Source of the DNA: Macrostomum hystrix
Lineage: Eukaryota > Animalia > Platyhelminthes
Direction of reading: 5' to 3'
DNA: 64,000 bases
NCBI GenBank assembly: GCA_950097015.1
Contig: CATNEN010000024.1
Span: forward strand, 3,968,001-4,032,000
The notes below the pieces were generated by a model. That model saw only the letters and a program-made list of their open reading frames with translations, had not been told where the DNA came from and made no database searches. The translations under genes were made by a program, and so were the position numbers. Within the stretch, counting starts at the first letter, position 1; each line of letters starts with the position of its first letter. Shown here one piece after another: positions 13,501 to 24,212 of the stretch.

Positions 13501-14529
13501 GTCGGATGTGCCGCATGCGCAGTCGTTAGATTCTATCGCCGCCACGGGAGCCACACGCGGCGTCGGCATTTGGCTTGCAAAATCCAAATAATGGACTTTG
13601 GCTCCAGCATCCACAGCTACCACAGGTGGCAACTTTGACGCTGGTGGCGTCTGAGTGATCAAAACCGTCTGCTCCACGACGGCATCGGTGGCCACGGCGG
13701 CGTCTCGCATATCCCGCTCTCCTCGCGCTGAGCGACGACGCATTAACTCAGTTCCAGTGGCGTCCGTCCTACCCGTCTCGAGCGGAGTCACCACCATCAG
13801 CATGGTGTCCGACTCTGCGGCACTATCACAACGAATCCGATGCCGGCGACTGCTACTGCTGCTTCCGCCGCCACCACCGCTTCGGCTCGACTCAATTGCT
13901 TCTTCGTCTTCATCAACAGCCCCGCTGGCCCCGGCATCGTGATTCTGGCGCCGCCTCCAAGCAATGTTGCGTTTCTCTCGCTCGGAGCGCTCTGCTTGTT
14001 CAACACGAGCAGCTCGCTCGGCTCGCAGCTGAGACAGCTGGGCCAGCGCCTCTGCCAGCAATGCGTCCGTGCGCGGATGCTGCAGCGCCATCGAAAGTAA
14101 AGGCGGTTGTGAATTACGAGGATCACAGTCCACATCAGTCCAGAGGGAGCGATAGTAAGAGCTGTTCCCGTCTGGCTCTGCCGAGTGAAATTCATTACCA
14201 TTAAAATGCTGATGGCTACGATTTTCATCCCCAACTGTTGAGCCTTCGTCGGTCTTGTCGATTTCGAAATCAAATTTGGAACCGCCGCTGCTGCCACCCA
14301 TATTTTTCAAGTTGAGTCGATGAGACGCACTTTGAATGTGATCGACATAGTTCTGGCTGGATAGTTCGACTCCACACACAAAGCAGCGCTGCTTTTTTGC
14401 ATCATCGACTGACGGGCGGGATGGCAGCATACCGGCGCGCGCTTCACTGCGAAACTTATGCGGCCACTTTTCACGCAGCAGCATTTGCTCGCGACTTATT
14501 GAATCGTTACCGTAGAATATGAAGTCCAT
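10552..14529 (-). CDS. ZNF106: ZNF106/ZFP106-like protein (N-terminal matrin/U1-type zinc finger, coiled coil, C-terminal WD40 propeller), 3 exons, 1065 aa
   Basis: Exons 14529-13237, 13138-13087 (LQQKRLEILQRRVDVLKG; TTTGCAG acceptor, GTAAGT donor) and 12404-10552, phases 0 and 1, total 3198 nt. ZnF CFVC..H.....H. WD segments ARWDCLWMGMADGQLATF and RRIIVGLSGGAVRLLDQRNGSEITALGGH match my recollection of the ZNF106 WD repeats; no database search was run. Confidence 0.78.
12614..12900 (+). mobile_element. tRNA-derived SINE, family 2, in ZNF106-like intron 2
   Basis: Degenerate A box (TGACAGAACGG) and B box (GAGCTCAAATC). The body CAAGGTTCCTGAGCTC..GCGAGGCC..ACAGTGAGAGTG..CCTGACGACGAGAAAGTCAAGGC is shared with copies at 41620-41779, 45571-45740 and 45850-45975. 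Confidence 0.75.
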
Positions 14530-16346
14530 CGTGTCAGGCCATGTGAATTTACTGAAGTTGTTGAAACATTTTATTCAAGTATTTTGCACATCACTGTAGT
14601 AGTCAAAATCGAAAAGTTTACCTCGCGTTCGTAGTTTTGTAACCCCTACACATAATTCCACAGCAATCAAGTAGCTAGGTGAGAACTTCTGACAAAAGAA
14701 ATTATCTGATAATTGTATAAAAAGTTCTGATGCTTATAGTATGAAAAGTTATATTTATATTTAAAAGCTGTGTTTACTATGACTATTTTAAAGTTCTCAG
14801 TGCTACTAGTATTTTCGCATATTAAATATCCAACTATTGAGCTGATAGAGGATGAACATGTCAGATGTGACCATTCTGATTGTAGCCATTTATAATCATA
14901 AAATTTTAGCAAAATGCAATCATAAACATAGAGTGACACTTTTTTATTGTCAACATTTAAACATATTCTGCGTGAAAACAGAAACCAAAATATTTTATTT
15001 CATTTTTACGACATTTAAATTGTTTTGTTAATTTTTTACGCATACAATCAGCTGAAAGAGTACCGGTTGCGCCTTGAAAAGAATTAAAATAAATCTTAAC
15101 TCTTGATAATTTTAGAACTTAAAGTGTTAATTTAGAGCTAATTCAAGCCTAACATATTCCTGGACATTCCAAATTATTTTCAAACCTAACGATAATCAAT
15201 AGTAAACTGCTCAGTGACAAAGGTCGCTATCAAACACAAACGACTCGCGAGTATGTTAGGGACTTATCACAACGAGCAGTACTTATGAAAGTTCAGAAAA
15301 ATAAAAAACGATGTTAGTGAATGTCAAATTATCACAAAACCACAAATAATTACTACATAACTTAAAATCTAAGTGTTTTTTATTTTTCTATGGTAAATAA
15401 AAAGCATTGTATCTAAAAATTTATATTTTAAAGTTATAAATTAAAATAATCGGTCTTTTACATTATAACTTTTGTTTTTACAATTGTGGGAATTGATTTG
15501 ATCAATTCGCAACACGATTTCAACATTTATTTTCTTGCTAATTATCGCGTCTTAAATAAGCTTCCGGTACTGTTTAAGTTTTGCATCACATCGGTAATTT
15601 AGATTTTGGCATTTTGCCTCTGCCTATGATATAGACTACATTACTATATAATTAGTTTCTTGCGAATATATATGCCGGCACTACAACTATGCGTTTTTTA
15701 TGATCAGACAGCCTGGACTGTCAGTCATTTGATTAATTTCTTTTTAAAGTAGATAGCTATTGTAGTAAATAATTAGTATATATACTAGCATATAATTATG
15801 TATTTAGTTATGTTTGTTACCTAAATAATCTATAGTACTTGATAATCTATAATCTAGCTATTGCCTATATAGCGATTATAATTTGTGCCACAATTTTCTA
15901 GTATGTATTTACATGAGGCTGTGCATTTGGGTAAGAATCACTTTGAGTTAGCTAGCATGGCATGATATGGTGTGGTATGGCATTTATGCATGATAGCCAG
16001 TGTAATAGCTTTTATATTTCAAGGCCTATGATGTTACATATTGTCATTTAGTATAAAGTCTAGGTCTATATGTAGTTGGTATATGAACACTTTTTGGTTT
16101 AGTGTTTATCTCAATATCTAACATTTTCTGGTATATTATTGGTATCTAGCCAGTAGCAAAAGTATAATTAACTGTGATTAACATTTATTCTCAATTTAAT
16201 TTGTTTATAATATACAGTTGACAACATTTCATTTGTTCTTATGGTATCTATTTTTTGACTTAGGGTAATGTATAATTGTATATTTGTGCATTTTGTAGCT
16301 CAAACTTAGGGATTGAAATTTACTTTGTCATGATATGTATCTACAT

Positions 16347-16626
16347 CATACATGCGCAACCTCCCAAATCTTAGCCGGCCGTGCGACTTAGTTTTTGCTC
16401 TCATTTGCGACTTAGTTCATTTCATTGCTCTATTTACGATTTAGTTTGCTCTCATTTGCTCTCTTTTTCTCTCCCCTTTTTCATTTTCTTCACGCCTTCC
16501 TTTTTTGTCCCTTGGTCCCCCCTTTGATTTTTTGCGCTTGGTCTAATGGTTTTTGCGACTTACCTTGCTTGGCCCTCGTTTCACCTGGCCGGTTGGGCCA
16601 GGTCGGCCGGGTGTTGCGCATGTATG
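16347..16626. mobile_element. hAT-type MITE, 280 bp
   Basis: Perfect 14-bp TIRs CATACATGCGCAAC / GTTGCGCATGTATG, flanked by an identical 8-bp TSD ATCTACAT (16339-16346 and 16627-16634). No coding capacity. Confidence 0.88.
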
Positions 16627-17382
16627 ATCTACATGATACATACATGATATCTACATGGTATGTATCTAATTTAGATCAAACACCTTATATTCCTAGATGT
16701 ACCTTATATAATTTATACCTTATATAAATTTTGTGTATCAAATGTTCAATAATACAATAGCCTATATATATAGTTTTTTGTTACAATCTTAATTTGCTGT
16801 AAAATTTTATTTAGATCTTTAAAATAGGAATCCAAATATAATCTAAAGACTTTTTCCTTTCAATATATCTTTGCCTTGCTCTCTACTCTGTCATAATTTC
16901 AGGTGAATTTAGAGAGTTAATAAAACTTTTTAGCTTGCTTTTTTGCTATCTCTATTTTTTCTTTTATATTCACATTTTTATGTTTTTATAGTCCCTTTAA
17001 GTTGTAAAAGTGTATTTACAAAAGTGAATTTGAAAGTATATTTCTTATTTGGTGAAGTTATTATTATTATGTACCATTTCCAAATAAGAGACAATATGAA
17101 CATCTATGTACCAATGGTGCCAAATATATGCAAAAAAATGTATCTCCCATTTATTAATTTCAATGTTACACCTGTAATTTTTTACTATCACTTTTATACA
17201 CTTTTACTACCAAGATACTGTTTTTAGAATGCCAGTAGAAGATAACTGATTAATTTGAATGTTACAATTTGCTATTTTCAGTGCCAGGTGCACAGGTTGT
17301 GAGGAGACAGGCGTGCGTGTGAGAAGTGAGTGATATTTATTAAGGTTAGGCTGAAAGGAAGCTTGAAAACACCTTCGAGAGA

Positions 17383-17859
17383 ATGAGCTCAGGTGGCGAT
17401 TGCTACAACTGTGGAAAGCCGGGTCACTTTGCTCGAGAGTGTCCCCAAGGTGGTGGAGGCGGACGTGGTGGTTTCCGTGGTGGTCGAGGTGGTGGAGGTG
17501 GCGGTGGTGGTCCAACCTGCTACAACTGCGGTCGCCCTGGCCATTATGCTCGCGACTGCACTGATGTCTCTGGTGGTGGTGTCGGCGGTGGCGGCGGCGG
17601 CTCCTGCTACAACTGTGGTCGTCCTGGTCATTACGCTCGGGAGTGCCCTGACGTACCTGATGGTAGGGGTGTTGGCGGCGGCTTCGGTGGTCGCGGTCGC
17701 GGCCGTGGAGGTGGCGGCGGTGGTAACGGACCCCGCTGCTACCGGTGCAACGGTTTTGGTCACATCTCTCGCGACTGCGACAGGCCGCAGGCTGAGACCA
17801 CCTGCTACCGGTGCAACAAGCCGGGCCACATGGCTCGCGATTGTCCGGAAAACGCTTGA
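17383..17859 (+). CDS. CNBP: CNBP-like CCHC zinc-knuckle/RGG nucleic acid-binding protein, copy 1 (5 knuckles, 158 aa, intronless CDS)
   Basis: Five C-x2-C-x4-H-x4-C motifs with Gly/Arg-rich RGG linkers. Confidence 0.92.
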   Translation: MSSGGDCYNCGKPGHFARECPQGGGGGRGGFRGGRGGGGGGGGPTCYNCGRPGHYARDCTDVSGGGVGGGGGGSCYNCGRPGHYARECPDVPDGRGVGGGFGGRGRGRGGGGGGNGPRCYRCNGFGHISRDCDRPQAETTCYRCNKPGHMARDCPENA

Positions 17860-19052
17860 AGGGATATCTTATCCTAAAGGGCTTCTTTAAACGAGAAAAT
17901 AATTCGAAGCAATGGCAGCTGATGAATAGTTGCTAAATAAGGAGGTGTGAACTTGCCCTTTTAAAGTGAATGCAGTGACTAGCTTGAGCTGCCTCGATCA
18001 TAATTGTTTGAATTTCGCGCGTGTGTTGTTGTCTCGCTACAATAATTTGTCTCGATCAATAATTTGTACCACTCAAAGTAAAAAAATTATAGTCATACTG
18101 CAGCGTGTCTAAAGTTTTTAATGCTTTTGCGCGCTAGGGCAAGCGCGTAGCTTTGATTTTTTCATTATTTAAATTCAATGTAAGCCAAAATTAACAGCCA
18201 GTTAATTGTTGGACTCTTGTTAATTTATTTAACTTGCAGGCTTCTGTTATTCTCTATGTGGCGCGAAGCTAGTTCTCTGTCGCATACTGTGCATTGAATT
18301 CAATTTAAAGTTGGAAGTCGTTTTCGCTTTAGTTTTTTTTCAAACTTTAGTTCTTAGTATTGATGTTGCACCGCAGTATGCTTGAGATGCAGGTCTCTTT
18401 TTTAGCGTCTGGGACATCTTTATTTAAAAAGGGAGTTTCTTGTTATTTGTCTTCGGGATTTCACTCTACTGTTAAAGTACATTTTTTGTCCTAAGCCCTT
18501 TTCATACCCATCTGTCGTTAGCTATTTTAATTGTTATGCTATCTAGAGTTTCTTATCCTTCTATAGTTTGTAATTCTTAGTTCTGAAGGGCATTTTTTGC
18601 TTTTAGAATAAGGAAATAAAACTTCGTTGTTCGCTTTTGTCACTATTGACACCCATACAGAGAGCGTAAACTTGGGCATTGAAAAAACTTTACTATATTT
18701 CTTACTATCGTCTGTCTTATTATTAAGCCAACTTAATGAAAATTAGAAACCATCTATTGATAGCACTAAAGTTCGAAGCTATTAATTTGCTCATTTGTGT
18801 GTCTTATTTTTTGTTTGATGATTACTTACTAGTGAAATGTAGAGTAACATTTATTATACATTATTCTTATGTCGATTTCCACACCATTATTGACAGTTCT
18901 TCTTACTGCATACTCTAACCGCTTCGCTTACAGACCAGGTTGCGAGGCCGTGCAGAGCGATCGGTGCGTGTGTAAGCGAAACAGTTGTGTGCAAAGTTCG
19001 AGTCGAATACATTTGACAAAAAGGTTTCTTTGAAGACTAAAAAAAGCGAAAC

Positions 19053-19547
19053 ATGAGTTCTGGTGGCGAATGCTATAACTGTGGCAAGCCTGGCCACTTT
19101 TCGCGCGAGTGTCCGCAGGGCGGTGGTGGTGGCGGCCGCGGCGGCGGCGGAGGTGGCTACCGTGGCGGACGCGGCGGCGGAGGTGGTGGCGGTGGCGGAT
19201 CTTGCTACAACTGCGGCCGTCCTGGCCATTTCGCTCGCGAGTGCACCGAGAGCTCTGGCGGTGGTGGCGGCGGTGGCGGCCGCGGTGGTTATGGTGGAGG
19301 TGGCTACGGTGGTGATGGCGGCGGCTACAGTCGTGGCGGTGGCGGCGGCTACAGTCGTGGCGGTGGCGGTGGCTACAGTCGCGGCGGCGGTCGCGGTGGT
19401 GGCGGCGGCGGTGGCGGCATGCGCTGCTACCGATGCAATGGCGAAGGCCATATGGCCCGCGACTGCAGCCAGCCGCAGGCTGAACCCACCTGCTACCGGT
19501 GCAACAAGCCGGGCCACATGGCTCGCGACTGCCCGGACAATGCTTGA
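19053..19547 (+). CDS. CNBP: CNBP-like CCHC zinc-knuckle/RGG protein, copy 2 (4 knuckles, GGGGYSR repeats, 164 aa)
   Basis: Four CCHC knuckles. N- and C-termini nearly identical to copy 1. Confidence 0.92.
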   Translation: MSSGGECYNCGKPGHFSRECPQGGGGGGRGGGGGGYRGGRGGGGGGGGGSCYNCGRPGHFARECTESSGGGGGGGGRGGYGGGGYGGDGGGYSRGGGGGYSRGGGGGYSRGGGRGGGGGGGGMRCYRCNGEGHMARDCSQPQAEPTCYRCNKPGHMARDCPDNA

Positions 19548-21219
19548 GCATTGGTTGAACATTTTAAAGGCGAACGTAGAGTGAAGAGAGAAAGTGACGG
19601 CAGCTGCCTCGGCCTGGTCACAGTTGACTGCGTAAGAGGCGACAATTAAAGAAGTAGTTAGCGAAGTAAATTTCGCTAATGCCTCCTCCGGCTATTTGTT
19701 GTTTAGTTGTATTTCCCTCCAAGCAAAAAATTCAACAGAAAAGTTAATTTGTAATCCTCGTTTTTTGTGTTCTTTTTTTATTGTAATTATTCTGTGTTGA
19801 CTACTGGCAGTAGTTTAATGAGCGATAGACTGTTTTGACGCTCTTGACAAAAAATGGATGCATATGAGACGTGTCGTCATAGTTTAAAAAAAGTGCGCAT
19901 AGTTTCATCGGTGAATCCAGGTGCACAGCTTGTCAACTGATTTGGTGTAATCGTGCGTATTATTTCTTTAAACCCGAGTAGCCACGCAAACTTGATAACA
20001 GAATCGAGATGAAAAGTAAGGCTAATATATCGACTATTGATGCGCATCGGGTTTAAAGAAACAGATTAACTGAACAAACCGTTGAGCGTTCAAAGGCCTA
20101 ATTACTACTGTATGTCGTATCGTTGGATAGAATGCTTTTTTAATTAGTCTCTGGAGATGTTCTTACACGCATTATTTTTATATAGCGTACGCTGGATAGG
20201 ATTAGGCATGGGCAAGCGATGCGGCGCTTGATCTGTATTAACTTCAGCTTTATTATTGTTCATTGTCTTCTTTCTCTCAGAGCTATAGCTTACTTTTATT
20301 ATTCTAACCGTTCTGATTGATGCACGCAACAGGACTTCATTTTTTTCTAGAGTCTGATGACTTTGAAACAGTTTTTATTGGGCTTAGACTTCCGAATTGA
20401 GTCAATTGTCAGTTGGTCAGTGCGTTGCTGAATGAGCTCGGATTGTTGAAACCTTAATGGGAGTTTTTTGTTTTTTTGTTTATGGCATTGCATGCATTTT
20501 ATTGAAAAATTAACTATCTTTTTTACTGAAGGCAAACTTTGTTAGCCAGGTATTTCAAGTGCAGTTCGTCATGCCTGTTCTCAATTGGCAGCTCGTTGCG
20601 CACGTTTCAGTTAGCTAGGTTAATCTTTAATCCGATTCTTTTCCATTCTCTTAGCTTTTGCCTACTGAGTACTTGACGTATCCGCACTGCCGTGTTTGAA
20701 AGAAGGGTAAAGCTTTAGTCAATGCAATACTCGCTAATCTAAATCTATTTATTACAGGCGCTGATATCGCGTGTTAGGTACTGTATACACTCAGCCATGG
20801 TTTGTACTATTGTCGCTCGAAACAATGCCAGACGGAAGTTCAGCTGAGTACTAGCGCAAAATGCATCTAATTTCGGCGAGTTGTCTTGTTAACTATTTTT
20901 TATCGAAACCCCGATCGATTGTTTACACCCAGTTATCTTTGAGTAGGAATGGCAGTCGTTCTTCTGCATTCCGTAGCGAGTTGGATTGCGAAAGAAGTTC
21001 TTTTTTAAACAATTTCCTAGTTTTTTTTCTAAGCAAATAAACCAAACCCCGCTTCTCTATCATAATTTATTACCGGTTGTGGAGGTTGAAATAACATACT
21101 TTACTAAACTATTCTCTTATTGTCTCATCACTATTTTTTACCTAAATAATCAAACATTGTGGACTCACGAACCATCCAAAGCAATAAATTTTTAACCCAA
21201 CTGGTGCTGAGCACATTTT

Positions 21220-21330
21220 ACAGCGCATGGGTAAGCTGAAGCAATCGTAAGTTTTCATTGCTCAAGGGCACAAATTGTTTCCCCGAGTTGAGATTTGAAC
21301 CACTCGAACCACAATGGGCTTCAAGCTCGC
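21220..21330 (-). mobile_element. SINE family 1-like fragment
   Basis: Minus strand GGTTCAAATCTC (B box), then AACAATTTGTGCCCTTGAGCAA, similar to 60880-60925. Confidence 0.55.
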
Positions 21331-21479
21331 TCAAAGATTGTAAAAGGAAGAAGCTGATGAAGAAAGAAAGGACGAGGAAAATGACAGCAGCAGAATTTAG
21401 CGGTATGGTCAAAATTTTATATTGTTCTCCAAACAGCCCTTTCAGTTCCGTGATGGAGTTTGAAGTAGCTAAATAAAAA

Positions 21480-22075
21480 GGTTTACTCCCGATTCGCCGA
21501 AATTCCCGATTCGCCGATTCCCGATTCGCCGAATTCCCTCTGCCGAAAAAATTGCTAAGAACATTTTTTGCTGAGCTACCGTACCTCATTACACTTTTAC
21601 TTTCGGCTCTACAAGGATGTCCAGCAAGTTTTGCTTTTTCCGAAGTACGTGTGATGTTCTTCTTTGCTCACTCAATCTACAATCACTCGTACGTTCCAGA
21701 AAGTTAATAAAGTTTAGAAACTAGTTTACAAGTTAATGAATCAAGAAACTGCATTTTCTTTAAGTTAGTTTTTTAATTAATTTCAATGCAATGGAAATAG
21801 AGTTCCAATGTTTGACCAACACTCAAAGAGGGCAATGGTTATGTGGTTTAATTTTAATTTATGATAAAGTAAGATGTATTGAATCAGGATTCGAGTCAGG
21901 AATTTCGGCGAATCGGGAATTCGGCGAGTCAGGAATTTCGGCGAATCGGGAATTTCGGCAAATCGGGAATTCGGCGAGTCAGGAATTTCGGCGAATCGGG
22001 AATTTCGGCGAATCGGGAATTTCGGCAAATCGGTAATTCGGCGAGTCAGGAATTTCGGCGAATCGGGAGTAAACC
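21480..22075. mobile_element. Non-autonomous TIR (foldback-like) element, 596 bp, with subterminal tandem repeats
   Basis: Perfect 27-bp TIR GGTTTACTCCCGATTCGCCGAAATTCC at both ends. GAATTTCGGCGAATCGG repeats are expanded in the right arm (21890-22070). It sits in an A-run, so the TSD and superfamily are unresolved. Confidence 0.8.
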
Positions 22076-22157
22076 AAAAAAAACCTGAAAATTGCACTTT
22101 GATACCACGCAGCCATATTCGATGTTATACACAGAAAATATTTTTAAATCTCGTGTC

Positions 22158-24212
22158 CTAAACTCTGACAAGATCGATTCGGTCTGGAAATTGTGTCATG
22201 AGTAGGCTAAGATTGAGCCATTGCCTCGAATTCCTGCGGTCCGAACTTCTCTCATTGTCCGCATCTGCAGTAGCCGATGTGTAGGCCAGGTGCAAAAAAT
22301 CGTGCTCAGCTACAATCATCTTCTGAGCTGTTGCTGCCGCCGACCGAATGTCGGCCGAGTGCTCCCTGCAGAAGTTCGCCACCCGGAAGCGTCTGGCTAG
22401 CGGCACCCGCGCCGGTTGCTTAGCAACAGTGTCGCAAAGCGATCGCATCCGGTCTAACTGGCTGGGATCAGCGTATGGCATGGTGTATTCCGGCTCCATT
22501 AGGCAGACTCCACAGCTTGGAGACTGCCAACTGCAGGGCGGCTGACGCTTGTATTGGCGCAGCAGGCGGTGTAGCATTATGGGGCCTGCGATTAAATTCA
22601 GGTTTTAGTTACGTAATGTTAAAACTGTAATTGCCACACAGAACTACATCATTAGTACACAGAGAGAGTACTGGCACGTAGCTCGAATATTAGCGCTAGA
22701 ATATTAGTTTCTAGCCTCCACATTCTTTAATACATACGAGCTATGTCTTATTTACTACAATCTGAATTCGGAAATAATTCTGTGAACATTGACCATTGTA
22801 CGAGGTAAATGTGCTTTGACGAAATACTGTCAGTCAGTGCGAAAATCCACAAAAGACCAATCAGTACAACTCGTAGTTTCGTAAAATTATTAAAATTATT
22901 AAAAAGTTCAAACAACTTCACCAGTCAGTCTGCTTGCGTGAAATCCCAGTTTCCGCCTCAGCCGATCCTCGTGGCTGATGCCGCTGTCGCCGACGTAGTC
23001 CAGCCAGGCCAGGTGTAATGGCAGTCGGTCGATCACGAAGCGCATGAACTCATGGCCAGGCTGGCAGGCCATCAGCGCATTGCTGGGCAGGCTTTCCAAG
23101 CCGTACAGCAGCACTGCGTGCGACTGCGGCTCCCGGCCAAGGAAGCAGCCACAGGCTCCGTCGGTTCCGCCCAGCCTTTGCGCCAAACTCGCCAGATACT
23201 CCGGCAATGGTCGCCTGCGATTAAGGCGAATGGTTTTAACTTTATTAAATAAATCCTTCGGAGGAGTTTGACGCGAAACCCAGACCTTTAAAGCAGGTGA
23301 ATTCAAAATATTCCGTTTGAGGACTGTGAGTTAGCCCCAGCTTCCAGGCAGTCCAGTCCTTATTTGTAATGCATAATTCCTTTCTCCGACAAGTAAAAAG
23401 TGCGAATTTCAATTGAAACAAATTCAGCACATCGTCTTCCTCTCCGCCTATTGAGTGTTAGCTGATTATTGAGTTTAACTGACTCCTAAGTATAGTCATA
23501 CACCTGCCGAGTACGCTCAGTTTAAAAACTATTCAAATGTGTAAAAAGCTTTGGCTTAAGCATCCACAAAGTTTGGACTTCAAATTTATTTTAAAATTAA
23601 TATCCCTGCAAGCAGAATTTGAATTGGGCGTAAATGTACGACCAACCCCGCTCAGGTACCTTGGTTCACAGTGCAAACTAGCCGTAAAAAAGGCGGTGCA
23701 TCAATAAATTTTCCAAGAATCAATTAAGGCTCGTTCACACTGCTATCAAATGAACTCGTTTCGGGGTAGATTTGTGTGATGTGTACATACCTGACCCGGA
23801 CGTCCATATCGGCGTAGATGCCACCGTATTCTAGCAACAAGAAGTAGCGAGACACGTCAGAAAACTCCAGTCTGGATCGCAGCAAGCTTCTTGTCCAGTT
23901 GACCGACTGAGGAAATCTTACTTCAAGTAGCCGCCTGAGGACCGGATTCGTCCACAGCCGATACTCGTGGCGCGGGTGAAGGGAGAGCCACGAAGTCACG
24001 TGACTAGTGTAAGCCGCCGGAATTCGATGCTCTGCTGCGGCCATTTGATGAATAACAGCGGGAACGCCGCCAAAGGAATTTGCAAACGACAATCGAGTGA
24101 GCTTCAGCCTCACTGCAGCCATGAGGCTGAGAGAAGCGATGATAAAGCTAAAAACTGCCGATGCCCGTCTGCACAGTCGTCGCGACCGCAGCCGCAGTCT
24201 GCCTACAGGCAT
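22158..24212 (-). CDS. GT32-family DXD glycosyltransferase (OCH1/SUR1-like), type II membrane protein, 3 exons, 380 aa
   Basis: Exons 24212-23791, 23214-22922, 22585-22158, phases 2 and 1, total 1143 nt. Basic N-tail plus TM segment, VPAVIHQ, W..LHP.HEYRLWT, SDVSRYFLLLEYGGIYADMDV, SNALMA..PGHEFM, TGPIML. Confidence 0.88.

Noticed and set aside
17389-19584. Antisense and alternate-frame ORFs over the CNBP genes (and over NHA, ZNF106-like and CTL exons)
   Set aside because: Shadow ORFs of GC-rich coding sequence with no independent motifs.
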